Positions 58,366 to 64,000 of a DNA stretch of 64,000 bases are shown here, piece after piece; positions within the stretch are counted from its first letter, which is position 1; every line of letters starts with the position of its first letter. Source of the stretch: an uncultured Clostridia bacterium. GTDB taxonomy: Bacteria > Bacillota > Clostridia > TANB77 > CAG-508. A model generated the notes under the pieces. That model was not told where the DNA came from and searched no databases. It saw only the letters and a list, made by a program, of their open reading frames with translations. A program made the position numbers and the translations under genes. The stretch is taken from the NCBI GenBank assembly GCA_947630065.1, contig CANRGE010000001.1, forward strand, positions 88,281-152,280, read 5' to 3'.

Positions 58366-59053
58366 CAAAAATGATATATAAAGGTGGTGATACATTATGA
58401 TTGTAATATAATTAGGAAATGATATAACAAAAATAATAAGAAAGGGGTTGATACCCTTTTCTTATTATTGTTATATAACATAATGTGTTACATCGTAGAT
58501 AATAATATATATTATATAACATAGTGTATTATAATATAAATAGCAAATGTTATATAACATACTGTGTTACATTCATAGGGAGATACAAAAGTTATATAAC
58601 ATTCATATCATAAAATAAAAAATAACAATTATTATATAACATAATATATTATAAAATGCACTGCCACTCATTATATAACAAAAATTTGATACCCCTATTA
58701 TATAATAAAATTATAGAAACCCTATTATGTAACAGAAATTTTAATACCCCATTATATAATAAAAATTATAGAACCCCTATTATGTAATAGAAAATTTTAA
58801 TACCCCGTTATATAATAAATATTATAAATTATTTTTGTTAAAAATTCTAATTTTATATTTACTCCCGCTAAAATTAGGCAGCCCCTTTATATAACAATAA
58901 TTTTCTATTGTTAATATAATAATTAAATCTTTTTATTTATTAGAAGAAAGTTATTAAAGAATTAAAAAATAATTCATTGACTTTGGCTCTAAAAAATGTT
59001 ATAATAATATTGTAAGCAAAGGACATAAACCAAAAGAAAGTGAGTGTTATATA

Positions 59054-59398
59054 ATGAGATATAATGACTTAATGATATGCGCCGACAGTGACAATAAACG
59101 GAAAGATATTATCCGACAAAGAATAATGAAAACTCTAATAAATTGCTTGAATCAGGAATTTAATGATGAATATGTCCGTTGTATAACAAAGGATATATAT
59201 TTAGGAGAAAGTGCCAGCAAGATTCCAAAGAATACAATTGTTATTGATGTCGGTGATGTTTTGGACAAAGATAAAATGACAATGGGCGCGTTGGTAGAAA
59301 TTAGCATAAAAGTCAAAAATTGGAATGGTACGAAAACGGCAAAGACAAATCGAGAAGCATTTAGTCTTATTGATATTGATGAAGCATTAAAAGAATAA
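59054..59398 (+). CDS. Hypothetical protein
   Basis: Own promoter TTGACT-17-TATAAT at 58977-59005; terminator aagagga-gcaa-tcctctt-ttt at 59397. Confidence 0.75.
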   Translation: MRYNDLMICADSDNKRKDIIRQRIMKTLINCLNQEFNDEYVRCITKDIYLGESASKIPKNTIVIDVGDVLDKDKMTMGALVEISIKVKNWNGTKTAKTNREAFSLIDIDEALKE

Positions 59399-59671
59399 GA
59401 GGAGCAATCCTCTTTTTTTTCTCTGTTATATAACAAGTGTTATACCACTACACAGATAATAATATAAGTTATATAACATCTGTTATATAATTTATGTTAC
59501 TCCCTGTGTAATGTTATAACATAATATATTATAATAAAATTAAAGTTAAATCTTTTTACTATTTAATAAAAGATTATTTTAAGTTTAATAAATAATTCAT
59601 TGACTTTTTCTTTGGAAAATGTTATAATATTATTGTAAGAAAAACGTATAGCTTAAAATTGAAAGGAACAG

Positions 59672-60316
59672 ATGTTATTTATGGAGATTGTAAATACAAT
59701 AGTATTAGAAAACGGTGGTTATTATGATACGGACGTTGAAATTGAAGATATAACAATTGACAAACTTCCCGATAACATGAGTTTTTGTAGAAACTTGACA
59801 ATTTCTAACGTAATTATAACAAATGGTATGCTACCTAAAGAGTTACGTGTTGCTGGAGATTTACGGTTAATAGGTCTAAATTTAGAAGCACTCCCCACTG
59901 ATTTACAAGTTTATGGTAATATTTACATTACTAATTGTAATATAAAATATTTGCCCGACCCATTTTTAGTAAATAAGAGTTTAGAAATAGAAAATTCAAA
60001 GATAAATAAAATAAATAACATTGTAGTAGGTGGGAATTTAACTTTAGATAGTTTACAAAATATTATAAAAAATGATTTTAATATCAATCTAACTATATTA
60101 GGAGATTGTAACCTTTATTATTATGGAGATTCATGGAACAAAATAACGGGCAATATAATAGTAAAAGGGTTTTTATATATTAGAGGTTGTAATATAATTG
60201 GAGATAATATATATCACCTTAGTAATATAACAGCATTTCAAGGTTTTTTAAATGATATTACTGATTATGATTATGATGATTATGATGTTTTTTATGATGA
60301 TTCTTATGATGATTAA
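59672..60316 (+). CDS. Leucine-rich-repeat / beta-solenoid-like protein
   Basis: Repeating LP..L.V.G.L.I units; promoter TTGACT-17-TATAAT at 59600-59628; terminator at 60333-60356. Confidence 0.72.
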   Translation: MLFMEIVNTIVLENGGYYDTDVEIEDITIDKLPDNMSFCRNLTISNVIITNGMLPKELRVAGDLRLIGLNLEALPTDLQVYGNIYITNCNIKYLPDPFLVNKSLEIENSKINKINNIVVGGNLTLDSLQNIIKNDFNINLTILGDCNLYYYGDSWNKITGNIIVKGFLYIRGCNIIGDNIYHLSNITAFQGFLNDITDYDYDDYDVFYDDSYDD

Positions 60317-61147
60317 CATTATATAACATTATGAGGACTTAATGTCCTCTTTTTTTATAGTATTATATAACATATATTGTTCTATTAAATAAATAATATT
60401 TATTATATAACACTTGTAATTCACTGTGTTATAACATATTATGTTCTATAAAGAATGTTATATAACTTATGTTTCTCCCTGCGTTATAACATATTGTGTT
60501 ATATAATAATAAGAATGTATAACAAATGTTATATTACGCCGCCCATTATATAATAAATATTATTGATAAGAAATGTTATATAACAATCATTATCAATAAC
60601 AGCGGCGGCATAACAAATATTATAATAAAAACTGTTGTATAACATATTTTATAGATAACAATTTTTATGCAACATTTATTATATAATAACTAATATATTA
60701 AATAAGTTATAGAACTCTTATTATAGAGCAATAGTTATAAAATTCTTATAATATAACATTGATAACATTGCGTCCGTTGTAATACATAGACTATATAACA
60801 TTGTTTATCAATTCACTGTTATATAACACTGTTTATCAATTCACTGTTATATAACATTTATTATAATTCTATCATTATATAACATTGATTATATTTTTAT
60901 TGTTGTATAATATTAGTTATAATTCTGTTGTTATATAGTATTAGTCACAATTCAGATGTCATACAACATTAGTTATCGATTCGTCATTACACAACAAGCA
61001 TTGTGTAACACGGGCGGCGGCAAACATAGCATCTATTATATTACATCTAAAATATTATTTCTATTATAAAATAAATGTTATATAACAAAGAACATAGGGA
61101 GCAACACTTGTTATATAACATCATTTACAATAATAAAAAGAGAGGTG

Positions 61148-61816
61148 TTATGTAACACCTCTTTCTGCTTTATATAACACCTTTTTCATTTTCATTTTTA
61201 AGTTGATACATTTAACAAAAATTTGATATTCTATTAGGCAATCTGATAACCCCATGTGTTCTTCTTTAAATTCTACGTCATTTGTTATATAACGGTAAAG
61301 AATTTCTGCTGTGAATCTTGGTGTTCCGCGACTTGTTATATAACCATTCTTTAAACAAAACTTGTAATACTTCTTTTGCTGTCCGATTGTATTTTTTGCC
61401 ATTAACAAAGTATCCCAAACCTCTACCTCATATGGCAGAAAATATCTAACTTTATCATTTGTTATATAACGCATTGTGTTATTCAATGCTTTGATGTCAA
61501 ATTTTGCATTGTGGGCGATAAAAGCACGTATGTTATATTTTTCTACTAACTGTTTTAATATTGTTTTTGCTTCAAACAGGTTTGTCACATGGCTTTTTTG
61601 CTCTGAAATATTTATTAAATATTTTGGAATTTTTTCTTTGTAGTAGGCGGTATTCATTAAATCAGGATTCCCGAAAATGTCTGTTATTATGAGTGATTGC
61701 CGCTCATAAATATTCCCCTTTCTATCTATGACTATAAATCCCAAATCATAGACTAACGGACTTTGTAAATTTCCCGCTGTTTCCGTGTCAAGTAAAATAT
61801 AATAGTGCTTATTCAT
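61148..61816 (-). CDS. DEDDh (DnaQ-like) 3'-5' exonuclease
   Basis: ExoI LDTET, ExoII AHNAKFD, ExoIII EHMGLSD; ATG at 61816 after AAAGGA; promoter TTGAAA-17-TATAAT at 61860-61888. Confidence 0.88.
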   Translation of the reverse strand: MNKHYYILLDTETAGNLQSPLVYDLGFIVIDRKGNIYERQSLIITDIFGNPDLMNTAYYKEKIPKYLINISEQKSHVTNLFEAKTILKQLVEKYNIRAFIAHNAKFDIKALNNTMRYITNDKVRYFLPYEVEVWDTLLMAKNTIGQQKKYYKFCLKNGYITSRGTPRFTAEILYRYITNDVEFKEEHMGLSDCLIEYQIFVKCINLKMKMKKVLYKAERGVT

Positions 61817-62158
61817 AACTATCGTTTCCTTTCTGTACCTCTTTTTTAAGTACAATATAATTATACCATAGAATTTAATGAATTTCAATAGGCAGATTCA
61901 CCAAACTTTTTTTATTTTTTTGTGTATTTTGTCTAAGAATTACAGTGTTTAGTTAATAATTCTAACTAATTAAAAAAACTTTATAGAAAACTTAATAGAA
62001 ATTCTATTGCACAAATCTCTTAAAAGTGGTATAATATATAATGTAAGGAGGACAGAGTAAAAAAAACAAAAGAACCGCAAAAGACGGTAAAAAATGGTAC
62101 TCAATGGAACTCTTTACAGTACGTATGTTATTTCAATTGAAAAGAAAAGGGGTATTTT

Positions 62159-62509
62159 ATGACAACGAGAGAATTTTTTGAAATGATAGTAACTGGTGAC
62201 GAAGTTACAGAAGTTATGAAACAGTACGCAACAAAGCAGATTCAGAAGATAGACAACCGAAACGAAAAGAAGAGAACCACATTGACCGAAAACCAGACCC
62301 AGAATAATAAAATCAGAGACGCCATTATTGAGGTACTGAAAACAGACGGCGAACAGTCAGCCAAAACACTGTCAGATAACTTAGGTTATTCAACACAGAA
62401 AATATCAGCACTTATTACACCACTGATAGATAACGGGCGTGTTAAAATAGAGCGCAAGAAATTTGCAGGCTCAACAACGAAAGTCAATGTTTACAGTATT
62501 GTTATATAA
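62159..62509 (+). CDS. Winged-HTH DNA-binding protein, paralog B
   Basis: Clear paralog of 58015-58365 (EFFEM...GDE.TEVMKQYA; STQKISAL); promoter TTGCAC-17-TATAAT at 62007-62035; terminator at 62517-62538. Confidence 0.82.
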   Translation: MTTREFFEMIVTGDEVTEVMKQYATKQIQKIDNRNEKKRTTLTENQTQNNKIRDAIIEVLKTDGEQSAKTLSDNLGYSTQKISALITPLIDNGRVKIERKKFAGSTTKVNVYSIVI

Positions 62510-63523
62510 CAGCATGAGGGGTTCGCCCCTCTTTTTTTATTTTGTTATATAACAGTGAGTGTTATTTTCACAGGGCATAACTTTTGTTATATAACACAAT
62601 TAACAAGATTTAGAACATTTGTTATATAACAGATATTTTATTAAGAATAGATAACAAATGTTATACAACAAGAGATAGAAATTAAAAGACAAATATTATA
62701 TAACTAATGTTACGCGGCTGCACGTAACAGACATTATATAACTAATGTTATGCCGCTAATCATAACTAATGTTATATAATAGGTGTGCCGAACATTTGTT
62801 TTGCGATGGAATAATATCTGTTATATAACACCCGTTGCTCCCTATATGTTATAACACATTGTGTTACATAACATCTATTATTATGATATAACACATTGTG
62901 TTATATAACACTTGTTGTTCTCTGTAGTGATATAACATACTATGTTATAAAGCTATGTTATAACACATTGTGTTACATAACATCTATTATTTTATGAGTT
63001 ATAACATATTATATTATATAACTAATGTAATTTCCTATGCGTTATAACATAAACTGTTCTAAAACAAAATAACAAATGTTATTTGTCTATTATGACGAAA
63101 ATCAATTCACAAAAATTTTACATTTTATTGATTAAATTTTCACTATTCTTAATAATTTTTACAAAAAATTCATTAAATTTTCACTGTTCTTAATAAAATT
63201 TTAACAATTTTTCATAGAAAATTTACAAAAGTTTATAAAAATTTTACATTTCTTAATAGAAAATTCATATTTAAAAATCAAATTTTTTAATGAAATGTTA
63301 AAATTCTATTCCTAAATTATGAAAAAATTATGAATTGCGCCGAAAAACATTCGTTATTCATAATACTTATAATATAATATATGTTATATAACATTTGTAA
63401 TATAATGCGCGTTATATAACATCTGAAATACAACGTCTGTTATATAACATAACTACCATAGTTGTGAGATGGGGTTAATTAAGTATTGGTAGGTATAGTG
63501 ACGTCTGTCATAGGTGTTTCTTG

Positions 63524-63845
63524 TGTGAGCTGCATCATGTGAGCTGCAACTTTGGTTGGTTAATGGGCTAACTTAGGCATAATGTGAGCTGCAACTTGCA
63601 AGTTCAAGGGCTAACTTATGTATCGTGTGAGCTGTAATTTGAAGATTACAGGGTTAGCTTAGTACTATGTGAGCTGCATTTAGTAAAATAGTAAGCTAAT
63701 TAGGTTTTGTGTGAGCTGCATTTAATGGAGTAGGGAATTAGTTAGGTTTATACGAGCTGGATTCCATGAATTAAATAACTAACTTAGGTGTTAATGTGAG
63801 CTACATTTTGTGGGGTAGCAAGTTAATTGAGTTTTTTGAGAGAGT
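63524..63845. repeat. Regularly spaced dual-motif array (TGTGAGCTGCA / GCTAACTTAG-like) with variable interspaces
   Basis: Motif starts at 63524, 63538, 63583, 63626, 63668, 63710, 63751 and 63795; period 41-45 bp. Confidence 0.85.
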
Positions 63846-64000
63846 TAGCTTCTATGAAGTAGTAAATTAGTTAAAAAGTCACATGAATTAACCACCATGA
63901 AACAATAAGCCAGTTAAGAACAGAACATATTGCGCCGTGGCTACTATGTGCTGTCATGAATTAGTTAGATGAATGTTCCAAGCTAATATTATAAGTTAAG

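Larger units (their letters stand above)
52920..63450. repeat. Dense dispersed field of palindrome GTTATATAAC and variants (GTTATAAC, ATTATATAAC)
   Basis: Dozens of copies fill every intergenic spacer, e.g. 53449, 55211, 55510, 57231, 61461, 62501. First seen at 50440; not noticed in 1-50 kb. Confidence 0.92.

Noticed and set aside
58398-58412. ORF after RBS AAGGTGGTG downstream of wHTH paralog A
   Set aside because: Only four codons (MIVI); at most a gene remnant.
51399-59436. Minus-strand ORFs 51399, 51419, 51734, 52971, 57942, 57979, 59152 and plus-strand 56731
   Set aside because: They overlap better-supported genes on the opposite strand or lie in repeat DNA without an RBS.
63524-63845. 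Canonical CRISPR array
   Set aside because: The conserved part is only ~11 nt plus a degenerate second box, the period (~42 bp) is too short, and no cas genes are present; kept as an unexplained array.
1-64000. Lysis, integrase, tail sheath or DGR reverse transcriptase genes
   Set aside because: No motifs recognised in this window; lifestyle cannot be determined from it.

Overview
This is a segment of a large, AT-rich tailed phage genome, probably a siphovirus (long tape measure, no sheath gene seen). GGAGG ribosome-binding sites and sigmaA-type promoters suggest a Bacillota/Clostridia host. The fragmented ORF track is an artefact of TAG reassignment: reading TAG as Gln (code 15) joins the fragments from 1 to 49.8 kb into complete genes ending in TAA or TGA. 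These are clpP-like, dut and a RuvC-like resolvase on +, then a ~48 kb minus-strand late block: putative regulator, TerS, TerL, portal, protease/scaffold, decoration, MCP, head-tail proteins, five tail-tube paralogs, a nuclease-like gene, tape measure, Dit, tail tip and a conserved six-gene cassette. The tape measure gene carries three closely spaced group I introns, each with a different endonuclease family (Zn-ribbon/DUF559-like pseudogene, GIY-YIG, tandem HNH); one may have a non-canonical terminal A. From ~50 to 64 kb the architecture changes. Small TAG-free genes sit in self-contained promoter-ORF-terminator cassettes, and at least one appears to use TAG as a stop. The spacers are saturated with the palindrome GTTATATAAC, and a second motif (TGTGAGCTGCA) forms a ~42-bp-period dual-repeat array near the window end. 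All calls come from manual reading and translation; no searches were run.
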